A DNA stretch of 64,000 nucleotides. It comes from Polyangiaceae bacterium (GTDB lineage Bacteria > Myxococcota_A > Polyangia > Polyangiales > Polyangiaceae). Of the stretch, positions 17,725 to 27,313 are shown one piece after another; position 1 is the first letter of the stretch; each line of letters begins with the position of its first letter. Below the pieces are notes generated by a model. The model saw only the letters and a list, made by a program, of their open reading frames with translations. It was not told the DNA's origin and made no database searches. The stretch spans positions 27,489-91,488 of the forward strand of contig JBILLK010000038.1 of the NCBI GenBank assembly GCA_044376115.1. The letters run 5' to 3'. The position numbers and the translations under genes were made by a program.

Positions 17725-20700
17725 GTGAATACCACCCCTTCTCCGAACTTCGCGTATCTGGCGCATCACGATCCTCGGTTGGCGGCGCTGGGGACGCAGG
17801 CAGAGCAGCAGTTTGCGATCGATCCGTCGGTCACGCTGGCGAAGCTGCGGCAGTTTGGAGAGGTATTGGCGAAGCGGGCCGCGGCGAAGGTGGGGCTCTA
17901 TCAAGCTGGGGAGAAGCAGCAAGAGCTTGTGGATCGGCTTTACGCGCGCAACTTGATCGGCGCGACGCAGCGGCAGCTGTTTCATGATCTGCGGCGCGCC
18001 GGAAACACCGCCGTCCACGAGGGCGAAGGGGACCACGCTGAGGCGCTGCATCAGCTGAAGATGGCGCGCGAGTTGGGCGTGTGGTTCCAGCGTTCGTTCG
18101 GCAATAACCGCCGTTTTGATCCCGGGCCGTTCATTCCTCCGCAGGAGCCGGCCAAAGTGGAGACGGTGCTTTCGGCTGAGCTCGCTCGCCTCCAGGCCGA
18201 GCTCGAGAAGCACGCCGCGCAGGCGGCCAACGCGGCGAAGGAGGCCGCGGAGGCGCGCGCGCAGGCGGAAGCGGAGCTGCGGGCTCGCGAGGGTGCGCAG
18301 GCGGTTGCGGCCAAGGCCAAGGAGGAGGTCGCGATCTGGGAAGCGCTGGCCAAGGAAGGCATCGCCACGGCACGCCAACAGGCCGAGCAACAGAGCCAGG
18401 AGCTGTTACAAACCAACGCCAAGCTGCAAGCGGAGCTGGAGGCCGCGCAGTTGGCGGCCCAAGCAGCGCCCGAGAAGGCCGTGGCCAAGACCATCGCAGC
18501 CGCCGCCAAAGCCAGCGAGGCGATCGATCTCGATGAAGCGGCCACGCGCAGGATCATCGACAGGCAATTGCGTGATGCTGGCTGGGAGGTGGACTCGCAG
18601 CGACTGACCTTCAAGCGCGGGGCGCGCCCTATCAAAGGTCGCAACCTCGCTATTGCAGAATGGCCCACCGCCGCCGAAGGCAAAGACGGCCGCGCCGACT
18701 ACGTGCTGTTCGTCGGCCTGATGTGCGTGGGCGTAGTGGAGGCCAAGCGTAAGCACAAAGACGTGAGCAGCGTCATTGACCAGGCCAAGCGCTACAGCGA
18801 GGGCTATCTCACCCACTTCGACGAGGTGTTGCCCGAGGGCAGCCCGTGGGGCACTCGGCGTATCCCCTTCCTCTTCGCCACCAACGGCCGGCCCTTCCTG
18901 CGGCAGTTCATCGAAAAGAGCGGCATCTGGTTCTTGGACGCGCGCCGCCCGGACAACACGCGGCGTGCGCTCGAGGGCTGGTACACGCCCGATGGCCTGA
19001 TCGAGCTGCTCAAGCACGACGTCGACAAGGCCCACGCCGAGCTGGAGGTCGAGCCGATGCCCTACCTCGATCGCGAGTACCAACGCCGCGCGGTGAAAGC
19101 GGTGGAGAACGCCCTCGCCAAAGGCAGCCGCTCGGTGCTGTTAGCGATGGCCACCGGCACCGGCAAAACCATCACCTGCATCGCCTTGTGTTACCGCCTG
19201 CTCAAATCCAAGCGCTTCCGACGCGTACTCTTCCTCGTGGATCGCAGCGCCCTGGGCGAGCAGACGGCCACCGCGCTCAAACATGTACGGCTCGAAGCGC
19301 AGCAGCCTTTCAGCGAGATCTTCAACGTCAAAGAGCTGGCCGACATAAGGCCTGAGCGCGAAACCAAACTGCAGATCGCCACCGTGCAAGCGATGGTACG
19401 ACGCCTACTCGGTGGCGATGAAAGCGGCGAGCCGCCGCCTCCGGTGGACGACTACGACTGCATCGTCGTGGACGAATGCCACCGCGGGTACTTGCTTGAC
19501 CGTGAGCTCTCCGAACGCGACCTCACCTTCCGCGACGAGGAGGACTACATCTCCAAATATCGCCGCGTGCTCGACCATTTCGACGCGGTGAAGATCGGCC
19601 TCACCGCCACCCCAGCGTTGCACACCCGCGACATCTTCGGCCCGCCGGTCTTTCAATACAGTTATCGCGAGGCCGTGATTGACGGCTACTTGATTGACCA
19701 CGAGCCGCCTTACCGCGTGCTTACCAAGCTATCCAAAGACGGCATTCATATCTCCGCCGGCACCCAGGTTTTAGCGCTCAATCACAGCACGCAAGCCCTG
19801 CAGAGCTGGAACCTGCCCGACAGAGTGGACTTCGAGGTCGAGGACTTCAACCGCGCGGTGCTGGTGCCTGAATTTAGCCGCGCCGTGATCCAAGGCATCG
19901 TCCAAGAGATCGATTGGAACGACGAAGGCAAGCTGCTCGTCTTCTGCGTTACCGACGACCACGCCGATCTCGTAGTGCGGCTGTTCAAGGAGGAGCTGCA
20001 AGCCGCCAACGTCCCGGTGGAGGACGATATGGTGGTAAAAATCACCGGCGCCTCCGACAAGCCGCTCGCCCTGCTGCGCCGCTACCGCAATGAACGCTTC
20101 AACCCCAAGATCGCCGTCACCGTGGACTTGCTCACCACCGGCGTCGACGTCCCACGCATCACCACGCTGGTCTTTCTGCGACGCGTGCGGAGCCGCATCC
20201 TCTATGAGCAGATGCTCGGGCGCGCCACGCGCCTATGCGAGGAGATCGGCAAGACCGTCTTCCGCATCTACGACGCCGTCGACCTGTACAGCAACCTGCA
20301 GGAAGTGAGCGACATGAAGCCAGTGGTGGTCTCCACTTCGGTCACCTTCGGCCAGCTGGTCAACGAGCTGGATGAGCAGCATCAGCCGAGCGACCGGCTG
20401 GTGGCCGCCGCCGAGTTTCTCGCCAAGTTTCACCGCAAGAAGCGGCTACTCAAGCGCAGCCCCGAGGCGATGGCGCGGTTTTGCGAGCTGGCGGAAATGT
20501 CGATGGAGGACTTTATCGAGGTGATGCGCAGCGATCAGCTCGGCGCCATCAACAAGCTGTGCGGCCGCCCGCTGGCCGAGTTCCTCGACGGCCTGCAGGT
20601 AGCGAAAGACAACACCATCCTTTTCACCGGCGGAGATGCGCTGCTCGGCGTCTCCACCGGGGGTGAAGCTCCCGCCGATTACCTCAAGAGCTTTGAGAGC

Positions 20701-21174
20701 TTCTTGCGCGAGAACATGAACAAGGTCCCGGCGCTCTTGGTGGTGGCCAAACGCCCACGCGACCTAACCCGCGCCGAGCTGCGCAAGCTCAAGCTAGCGC
20801 TGAGTGAAGCCGGCTTCAGCGAGGCTGGCGTACGGGCCGCGTGGCGGAACGCCAAGAACGAGGACGTCGCCGCCAGCATCATCGGCTTCATCCGCGGACT
20901 GGCCCTCGGCTCCCCCGTCAAGAGCTACAGCGCCCGCGTGGACGGCGCGCTCTTGCGCGTCGCCGAACAGCACAACTTCAAGGACACCCAACGTCGCTGG
21001 CTCCAGCGCATCGGCGACCAAATGAAGGCCGAAACCGTCGTCGACCGCGAAGCCCTCGACTCCGACCAATTCAAACAAGAAGGCGGCTTCCGCCGCATCG
21101 ACCGCGTGTTCGAAGGCCAGCTCGAAGCCGTACTCGGGGAGATCGCCGATGAAGTGTGGAAGGATGCGGTCTGA
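17725..21174 (+). CDS. hsdR: Type I restriction endonuclease subunit R (EcoKI-like)
   Basis: ADY...VEAK nuclease motif, MATGTGKT, DECHRGY, GLTATP, LLTTGVD, QMLGRATR; start could be 17686. Confidence 0.95.
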   Translation: MNTTPSPNFAYLAHHDPRLAALGTQAEQQFAIDPSVTLAKLRQFGEVLAKRAAAKVGLYQAGEKQQELVDRLYARNLIGATQRQLFHDLRRAGNTAVHEGEGDHAEALHQLKMARELGVWFQRSFGNNRRFDPGPFIPPQEPAKVETVLSAELARLQAELEKHAAQAANAAKEAAEARAQAEAELRAREGAQAVAAKAKEEVAIWEALAKEGIATARQQAEQQSQELLQTNAKLQAELEAAQLAAQAAPEKAVAKTIAAAAKASEAIDLDEAATRRIIDRQLRDAGWEVDSQRLTFKRGARPIKGRNLAIAEWPTAAEGKDGRADYVLFVGLMCVGVVEAKRKHKDVSSVIDQAKRYSEGYLTHFDEVLPEGSPWGTRRIPFLFATNGRPFLRQFIEKSGIWFLDARRPDNTRRALEGWYTPDGLIELLKHDVDKAHAELEVEPMPYLDREYQRRAVKAVENALAKGSRSVLLAMATGTGKTITCIALCYRLLKSKRFRRVLFLVDRSALGEQTATALKHVRLEAQQPFSEIFNVKELADIRPERETKLQIATVQAMVRRLLGGDESGEPPPPVDDYDCIVVDECHRGYLLDRELSERDLTFRDEEDYISKYRRVLDHFDAVKIGLTATPALHTRDIFGPPVFQYSYREAVIDGYLIDHEPPYRVLTKLSKDGIHISAGTQVLALNHSTQALQSWNLPDRVDFEVEDFNRAVLVPEFSRAVIQGIVQEIDWNDEGKLLVFCVTDDHADLVVRLFKEELQAANVPVEDDMVVKITGASDKPLALLRRYRNERFNPKIAVTVDLLTTGVDVPRITTLVFLRRVRSRILYEQMLGRATRLCEEIGKTVFRIYDAVDLYSNLQEVSDMKPVVVSTSVTFGQLVNELDEQHQPSDRLVAAAEFLAKFHRKKRLLKRSPEAMARFCELAEMSMEDFIEVMRSDQLGAINKLCGRPLAEFLDGLQVAKDNTILFTGGDALLGVSTGGEAPADYLKSFESFLRENMNKVPALLVVAKRPRDLTRAELRKLKLALSEAGFSEAGVRAAWRNAKNEDVAASIIGFIRGLALGSPVKSYSARVDGALLRVAEQHNFKDTQRRWLQRIGDQMKAETVVDREALDSDQFKQEGGFRRIDRVFEGQLEAVLGEIADEVWKDAV

Positions 21175-21177
21175 GCC

Positions 21178-21735
21178 ATGAAGTACGACCGAACTGTCAT
21201 CGCGTACCACGGCTGTGACGCAAAGGTCGCGCGCCGGATCCTTGCAGGCGAGGCCTTTCAGAAGAGCGTCAACGACTACGACTGGCTCGGTGAGGGCATC
21301 TACTTCTGGGAGTACGGCGCAGATCGCGCGATGCGCTTCGCGGAAGATCAAAAAAGACGCGGCAAGGTAAACAAGCCGGCGATCGTCGGGGCTCTGGTTC
21401 AGCTCGGCAACTGCTTCGACCTGATGGACACCAAGTTCACCAAGGAACTCGCGCTTGCCTTCGAGATGCTGAAGAGAAACGGCACCGCACTTCCGGTCAA
21501 CGGCGGCGGGACGCCTGACAAGAAGCTCCGGCGGCTCGACTGCGCCGTGTTGAACTTCTACCTGACGGCAATCGAGCAGGCCGGGGGACAATACGACACG
21601 GTTCGCTGTGGCTTCGTGGAGGGGGAGGCCGCGTTCGAAGGCAGCGGGATCTACGAACAAAGCCACGTCCAACTCGCCGTGCGAAACCCGGCTTGCATCG
21701 TTGGGGTCTTCCGACCCACAATAGGAGAGCCATGA
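21178..21735 (+). CDS. Hypothetical protein, possible ADP-ribosyltransferase-like (DUF3990-type) fold
   Basis: YHG near N-terminus, WLGEGIYFWE, late HVQLAV. Confidence 0.6.
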   Translation: MKYDRTVIAYHGCDAKVARRILAGEAFQKSVNDYDWLGEGIYFWEYGADRAMRFAEDQKRRGKVNKPAIVGALVQLGNCFDLMDTKFTKELALAFEMLKRNGTALPVNGGGTPDKKLRRLDCAVLNFYLTAIEQAGGQYDTVRCGFVEGEAAFEGSGIYEQSHVQLAVRNPACIVGVFRPTIGEP

Positions 21736-21950
21736 AAAAGCGCCCCCCTTTCAAGCCCACTCTCGATCCTGAGGCCCCCGGTCTGGACGAGATGACGCGC
21801 TTGCGGCGGCGGGCCCTGGCTCGGCTCGAGGCAATGAGCCCGGCTGAGGTCTTCCAGCTTGCTGTGGATGCGGGCATCTACACGAAGGACGGCAAGCTTA
21901 CGAAGCACTACCGCGCCGGTGAGCCGAGCGCGATGCGGCCGACGGACTAG
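21732..21950 (+). CDS. Small protein coupled to upstream gene
   Basis: AGGAGA RBS, ATGA overlap; 72 aa. Confidence 0.6.
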   Translation: MKKRPPFKPTLDPEAPGLDEMTRLRRRALARLEAMSPAEVFQLAVDAGIYTKDGKLTKHYRAGEPSAMRPTD

Positions 21951-22336
21951 GCCGGCGCCCACGCCCGCACGTCAACGCCTTCAATTCGTTCTGTTGCGAT
22001 GCCGTCGCGCGCGATTAGCTCCTTCGAGACGAAGGGCGTGCCGTTTCGGCTGCGGCGTTCGGCCCGTAAGCGTTGGAGCGCCAAGGTTCGCTGTTCGTCC
22101 GAGAGCAGGTGGGCCTCAGGCGTCCGCGCGAACCCGCGCATCTCGAGAAACTCGACTGTGTCTGCGGGGCTCATGCCCACCGCGACGGCGACCTCACCGA
22201 CCGACAAGCGGCCCTCGGCGTAGGCTCGTCCGATCACCTCGAGAGCCCTCATCCGCGCGTCGTGATCAGCCGCAGCTGGTTTCCGGGCTCGAGGATCCCG
22301 AAGGTCTCGGACATTCGCATTGTGTAGCACATTCAT
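21947..22336 (-). CDS. UPF0175-like (antitoxin-type HTH) protein
   Basis: AYAEGRLSVGEVAVAVGMS...FLEMRG pattern. Confidence 0.55.
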   Translation of the reverse strand: MNVLHNANVRDLRDPRARKPAAADHDARMRALEVIGRAYAEGRLSVGEVAVAVGMSPADTVEFLEMRGFARTPEAHLLSDEQRTLALQRLRAERRSRNGTPFVSKELIARDGIATERIEGVDVRAWAPA

Positions 22337-22372
22337 CGCTCGCGCCCGGTATCTTCTCCGCCACACGAGCCC

Positions 22373-23791
22373 ATGCCCTCCACCCAAGACATCGTCCAAA
22401 AGCTCTGGAACCTGTGCAACGTCCTGCGTGACGACGGGATCACTTACCTGCAGTACGTGACCGAGCTCACGTACTTGCTGTTCCTCAAGATGGCCAAGGA
22501 GACCGAGCAGGAGAAGGAGCTGCCGGCGGGCTACCGCTGGGACGACATCGTCTCGAAGGACGGGGTGGAGTTGCTGGATTTTTACCGGCTATTGCTGATT
22601 CACTTGGGCGGTCACGGCTCCAAGCGCGTGCAGTCGATCTTCACCAACGCGGCCACTTCCTTCCGTCAGCCACGCAACCTGCGCGCCGTGGTCGAGTCGA
22701 TTGACGCCCTCGATTGGTACAGCGCCAAGTCCGAGGGGCTCGGCAACCTTTATGAAGGCCTGCTCGAAAAGAACGCCGAAGAGACCAAGAGCGGCGCCGG
22801 CCAGTATTTCACTCCGCGCCCGCTGATTGAAGCCATGGTCGCCTGCGTTCAGCCTCAGGCCGGCGAGCATGTACAAGACCCAGCGGCCGGCACCGGCGGC
22901 TTCTTGATCGTCGCTGACCGCTACGTCAAAGACCAGACGGATAACCTATTCAAGCTGCCCACCCAGAAGCAGAAGTTCCAACGCCGTGAGGCATTCTACG
23001 GCATGGAGCTCGTCGCCGACGTCCAGCGGCTCGCGCTGATGAACTCCCTGCTCCACGACATTGAAGGCGACATCCTCCTAGGGGACGCGCTTGGCCCCAG
23101 CGGCGCCGCGCTGCCCAAAGCCGACGTCATCCTCACCAACCCGCCCTTTGGCACCAAAAAGGGCGGCGGCGGCCCTACGCGCGACGACATCACCTACCCC
23201 ACCAGCAACAAGCAGCTCGTCTTCCTCCAGCACATCTACCGCGGCCTCGTCCCGCATGGCCGCGCCGCCGTCGTCCTCCCGGATAACGTTCTATTCGAAG
23301 AGGGCGTTGGCAAACAGGTCCGCGCCGACCTGATGGACAAGTGCGATCTCCACACCATCCTCCGCTTGCCCACCGGTATCTTCTACGCACAGGGCGTTAA
23401 AACCAATGTGCTGTTCTTCAGCCGCGGCGAGAAGGACAAGGCCAATACAAAGGCTGTTTGGTTCTTCGACATGCGGACCAACATGCCGAACTTTGGTAAG
23501 CGCACCCCCTTCACGCGAGCCCACTTCACCGAGTTTGAAAAGGCCTACGGCAGTGATCCCCACGGCAAAGCCAAACGCAAAGACCAAGGTGAAGCCGGCC
23601 GCTTCCGCAAGTTCACAAGGGAAGACATCGCCAAACGCGGTGACAACTTGGATATTAGCTGGCTCAAAGACGACAGCGTCACCGACCACGCCGACCTCCC
23701 CGAACCGGACATCATTGCAGCCGAGATCGTCGCGCAATTGCAGATTGCGCTAGAGGAGATGCAGGCGTTGCAGGAGGAGTTGGGCTCGTGA
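22373..23791 (+). CDS. hsdM: Type I R-M methyltransferase subunit (m6A)
   Basis: GQYFTPR, DPAAGTGGFL (motif I), NPPF (motif IV), LRLPTGIFYAQGVKTN. Confidence 0.97.
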   Translation: MPSTQDIVQKLWNLCNVLRDDGITYLQYVTELTYLLFLKMAKETEQEKELPAGYRWDDIVSKDGVELLDFYRLLLIHLGGHGSKRVQSIFTNAATSFRQPRNLRAVVESIDALDWYSAKSEGLGNLYEGLLEKNAEETKSGAGQYFTPRPLIEAMVACVQPQAGEHVQDPAAGTGGFLIVADRYVKDQTDNLFKLPTQKQKFQRREAFYGMELVADVQRLALMNSLLHDIEGDILLGDALGPSGAALPKADVILTNPPFGTKKGGGGPTRDDITYPTSNKQLVFLQHIYRGLVPHGRAAVVLPDNVLFEEGVGKQVRADLMDKCDLHTILRLPTGIFYAQGVKTNVLFFSRGEKDKANTKAVWFFDMRTNMPNFGKRTPFTRAHFTEFEKAYGSDPHGKAKRKDQGEAGRFRKFTREDIAKRGDNLDISWLKDDSVTDHADLPEPDIIAAEIVAQLQIALEEMQALQEELGS

Positions 23792-25323
23792 GTGCCGAGC
23801 CACATCCGCTCCCGCGCGCCTGGAAATGGGTTCACCTGGGGGAAGTGTCACGGCTGGTCACCGGCGGGACGCCCCCAGGCAAAGAACAGGGCTGCTACGG
23901 CGGCAGTATCCCGTTTTTCAAGCCAACCGACTTGAACGCTGGTCGGTTCGTGTACGAGGCGCGACAGTCTCTCTCTCCTTTCGGAGCCGGGTTTCTGGAC
24001 GTCGTACCCGCAGGCTCAGTCCTGATCACATGCATCGGCGCAACGATCGGGAAGGTTGGGCTCTCTGCGGTGGCCGGCGCGACCAACCAGCAAATTAACG
24101 CGGTGGTGCCCGTCGAGTTGGACCCAGCGTTCCTCTACTGGTTTGTGGTCTCCCCCTCGGCTCAGGAATGGATAGCTGAAAATGCATCCGCAACAACTTT
24201 GCCGATCCTGAACAAGAGTCGACTTGCGACTATGCCTATTCCCTTGGCGCCACGAGCCGAACAACACCGCGTGGCCGCGAAGCTGGATGCACTACACGTT
24301 CGAAGCCGCCGCGCCCGCGAGGCCCTTGCTGCCGTCCCGCCCCTCCTCGAAAAGCTCCGCCAATCCATCCTCGCCGCCGCCTTCCGCGGCGACCTCACCA
24401 AAGACTGGCGCGCAAAAAACAAGAACATCGAACCCGCCACCGAACTCCTCAAACGCATCCGCATCGAGCGACGCCAAAAATGGGAACAAGCCGAACTCGC
24501 CAAACTAAAGGCCAAAGGCAAAACCCCCACCGACGACCGCTGGAAAGCCAAATACAAGGAGCCCGAACCGGTCGACACAAAGGGCCTCCCAGAGCTGCCA
24601 GAGGGCTGGTGCTGGGCCACCCTTGGCGAACTCGCTTGGGACGCAGGCTACGGTACATCAGCCAAATGCGACTACGAAGGCAAGGGCGTTGCTGTCCTTA
24701 GAATTCCGAACATTGCACGAGGGCTGGTGGACCTGAGCGATGTAAAGCGTGCAGCGGTTGTCCGCGACGAAGGCGCGATGCTCGTCGTACCAGGCGACCT
24801 CCTGATTGTACGCACCAATGGTAGCCGGGACCTTATTGGGCGCGCAGCCGTCATAGTGGATGAACCTAACGAGCCAACTTCGTTTGCGTCTTACCTCATT
24901 CGCTTTCGGCTCATAATGGAACGCCAACTTCCCGCGTGGGTTGCACGGTATTGGCAGTCCCCCTTCGTACGCGGACAGATTGAAGCGCAAGCTGCATCGT
25001 CAGCCGGACAATACAACGTTAGCCTTGGAGAACTCTCGCAATGTCCGGTTCCAGTCGCGCCCAGCGAGGAGCAGTCACTCGTCCTGGGGTTGGTTGAGGC
25101 TCTTCTCGCCCCGAGAATGAACGCGGAGCGCGCGTTGCGCGAGCTTCTCCAGAAATTCGGCAGCCTCGAACAGTCGGTTTTGGCGAAGGCTTTCCGCGGA
25201 CAGCTCCTCCCCCAAGATCCCAACGACGCGCCCGTCTCCCCCCAAACCCAGCCAGCCCCAACGCCCTCAGCTCAACTCCGCTCGAAAGCACCAATAAAGA
25301 AGAACGCCAAGAACCGCTCGTAG
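23788..25323 (+). CDS. hsdS: Type I R-M specificity subunit
   Basis: Two TRDs separated by PLAP.AEQ..V / SILAAAFRGDL and LPEGWCW conserved regions; ends SVLAKAFRGQL. Confidence 0.95.
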   Translation: MSAEPHPLPRAWKWVHLGEVSRLVTGGTPPGKEQGCYGGSIPFFKPTDLNAGRFVYEARQSLSPFGAGFLDVVPAGSVLITCIGATIGKVGLSAVAGATNQQINAVVPVELDPAFLYWFVVSPSAQEWIAENASATTLPILNKSRLATMPIPLAPRAEQHRVAAKLDALHVRSRRAREALAAVPPLLEKLRQSILAAAFRGDLTKDWRAKNKNIEPATELLKRIRIERRQKWEQAELAKLKAKGKTPTDDRWKAKYKEPEPVDTKGLPELPEGWCWATLGELAWDAGYGTSAKCDYEGKGVAVLRIPNIARGLVDLSDVKRAAVVRDEGAMLVVPGDLLIVRTNGSRDLIGRAAVIVDEPNEPTSFASYLIRFRLIMERQLPAWVARYWQSPFVRGQIEAQAASSAGQYNVSLGELSQCPVPVAPSEEQSLVLGLVEALLAPRMNAERALRELLQKFGSLEQSVLAKAFRGQLLPQDPNDAPVSPQTQPAPTPSAQLRSKAPIKKNAKNRS

Positions 25324-25354
25324 CCCTCTGCGCCGTCTGTTTTACGCAGCCGCT

Positions 25355-25387
25355 CAAGGCCGCCGAGCGCCTTACTCGGCGGCCTTG
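25355..25387. terminator. Probable terminator hairpin between convergent genes
   Basis: Perfect 13-bp stem CAAGGCCGCCGAG / CTCGGCGGCCTTG, 7-nt loop. Confidence 0.7.
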
Positions 25388-25425
25388 TAATTCTCTATCG
25401 TGAAGGCGGATCCGGTCACAGAGAG

Positions 25426-26595
25426 TTATAGCGATTCAGCCTTAACCACCACGCCCATGCCTCCGGTACCGCCGGCCTGGATGTAGTAGACCCCTCCTTC
25501 CAACACGAGGGCACCAAAGCTATTGCGTGCTCGATAGGCGCACGACGTAACCCAATAAGCGCCTGAGACAATGGGCCTTGTACAGTTCGCCATTTCAAAA
25601 CTGTCGGGGTCCTTCAGCATTGGCTTCAAGTAGCGCTCGACTGCAAGCACACTGCCGTCCCACTCACTCACAAACGGCATAGGACCGCGCAACTCAGCGA
25701 GTTCAGTCGCCGCCTGCTCGGCTGCCTCTTGCTTCTTGCGCTCCCGTTCCTCCGCCTCGAGCCGAGCCTTGCGGAGCGGCGCCACTCGCGCGGCAATTTC
25801 CTTTTGCTTGGTCTCAAGGCGTCCTTGAGCTGCAACAAAGTCCATATCGCTAGTAACGCTTGTCCCCGTAAAGGCACTCAAGCGTTGCTGCTCCTGTGCA
25901 AACAAGTCGTCCGCGTCCAGCAGCTTCCCCGACTCTACTAGCTTATCGCCTGCTGTGATTGCAGCATCCAAACGCTTGAGCACGCTGGGCCAATCCGCTT
26001 TCGCCTTATTCTCCTTCGCAATCCGCGCCTCTTCGGCTTCTTGCTGATCCGCCTCACGCTTGAGCGTGCTCGCCCAATCTGCCTCATTGCACTTCTCAAG
26101 CTCCTCAGCCACAGCGCGCTTGCCCACCGGCGTCCGCGCACCTGGAGCGGCGGCACGAGCGTTTGTGCACTCCTTCGCGTGAGCCTCCTCGGCGATTCGC
26201 TCGCGCTCCGCAGCAGCCCGCCGTTGAACAACGCCTCTCCATGCGCCGAGCGGCGCCCCGGTTCCGATGCAGGCCGCAATCAGCGTGAGCCGGATGCCAA
26301 ACGGACGCACTCGCTCAACGGCGCTCCGCAACGCCGGCGGCGCGCTCGGCGACAGCCGCGCAAACACGTAAAGGCCCGAGAGAACCAAGATCAGCGCCCC
26401 GGCGATGAAGCCGAGCACCGGACTCACCACGCCGATTACAAACGCAAAGCTCCAACCCATAAGCAAGCCCAGGCCCCACCAAACCCGCGGGTCTGTGGAG
26501 CTCGGCCGGCGCGGCGGCGGGTAGTAAGGTTGATAGCCATACCCAGAAGGTGGCGGGTATCCCGGTGGATAACCAGGCGGCGGTCCATATCCCAT
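25426..26595 (-). CDS. Hypothetical membrane protein
   Basis: Pro/Tyr/Gly N-terminus, TM helices, coiled coil, C-terminal LKDPDS...YRARNSFG domain. Confidence 0.75.
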   Translation of the reverse strand: MGYGPPPGYPPGYPPPSGYGYQPYYPPPRRPSSTDPRVWWGLGLLMGWSFAFVIGVVSPVLGFIAGALILVLSGLYVFARLSPSAPPALRSAVERVRPFGIRLTLIAACIGTGAPLGAWRGVVQRRAAAERERIAEEAHAKECTNARAAAPGARTPVGKRAVAEELEKCNEADWASTLKREADQQEAEEARIAKENKAKADWPSVLKRLDAAITAGDKLVESGKLLDADDLFAQEQQRLSAFTGTSVTSDMDFVAAQGRLETKQKEIAARVAPLRKARLEAEERERKKQEAAEQAATELAELRGPMPFVSEWDGSVLAVERYLKPMLKDPDSFEMANCTRPIVSGAYWVTSCAYRARNSFGALVLEGGVYYIQAGGTGGMGVVVKAESL

Positions 26596-26815
26596 TGTAA
26601 GTAGCCCTCCCTATGCACAATTGGCGTGCATCCTGACAGGTAGGCCATTGCCGCCGGCGGGCATATAGTCAGTTGTTGGTAGAGCTGACAGCCAATGTCC
26701 GCCCGACGCGAATCAGCTATCTATGCAGGTTGGTGGGAAGAATGAACGTGCAAACCATCGGGCTCATCAATGACTCGTGCCGAGTTGAAGGTTCGTTGGG
26801 CCTGCGGAGTTCTCG

Positions 26816-27313
26816 TCAGGCTACCGAGGCGCCCAATTCAAACCTTGCGCGTTCTTGCCGCAGCATCGCGAAGGGCGACATAACCTGGACGCCAAGCGCG
26901 CTACAAACGTCAGGCACCTTCACCTTCTTCAGTGAGGTCGAAGCCAGTTCGTGCGTCACCACGCGCCATCCCGTAGCAAGTGCGTGAGCCACGAGGTAGG
27001 CGTCCGCACCGCTAAGGAACCTGGCAATCGCTCCCGGGTCTCGACCGGAGCTACTGACCCAGTTTGCGACCTTGGCGAACTGGATGAGCTCCGCCGGACC
27101 GGTTGATAGAAAGAATCCAGGAGAGAGTTCAGCCGCCCAGCGAGCAAGGTCGTCAGCCCCACGCGCTAGTTCCTCAGCAACCTTGGGGATGCTGAAGACC
27201 TTGCGACTCGCATGCTCTCGCTCCAGCCAAGACCAGAAGGCTGGGCAGAAGTCGAAGCTGTAGTGCCGGTTCTTGGCCTCGATAAATACATTGGCATCGA
27301 GCAAGTACGCCAT
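26816..27313 (-). CDS. DUF4411 PIN-domain protein (putative toxin)
   Basis: YLLDANVFI.AKN.HY, CPAFW, ADAYLVA, VVTHE, KVPDVC; TGATG coupling. Confidence 0.88.
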   Translation of the reverse strand: MAYLLDANVFIEAKNRHYSFDFCPAFWSWLEREHASRKVFSIPKVAEELARGADDLARWAAELSPGFFLSTGPAELIQFAKVANWVSSSGRDPGAIARFLSGADAYLVAHALATGWRVVTHELASTSLKKVKVPDVCSALGVQVMSPFAMLRQERARFELGASVA

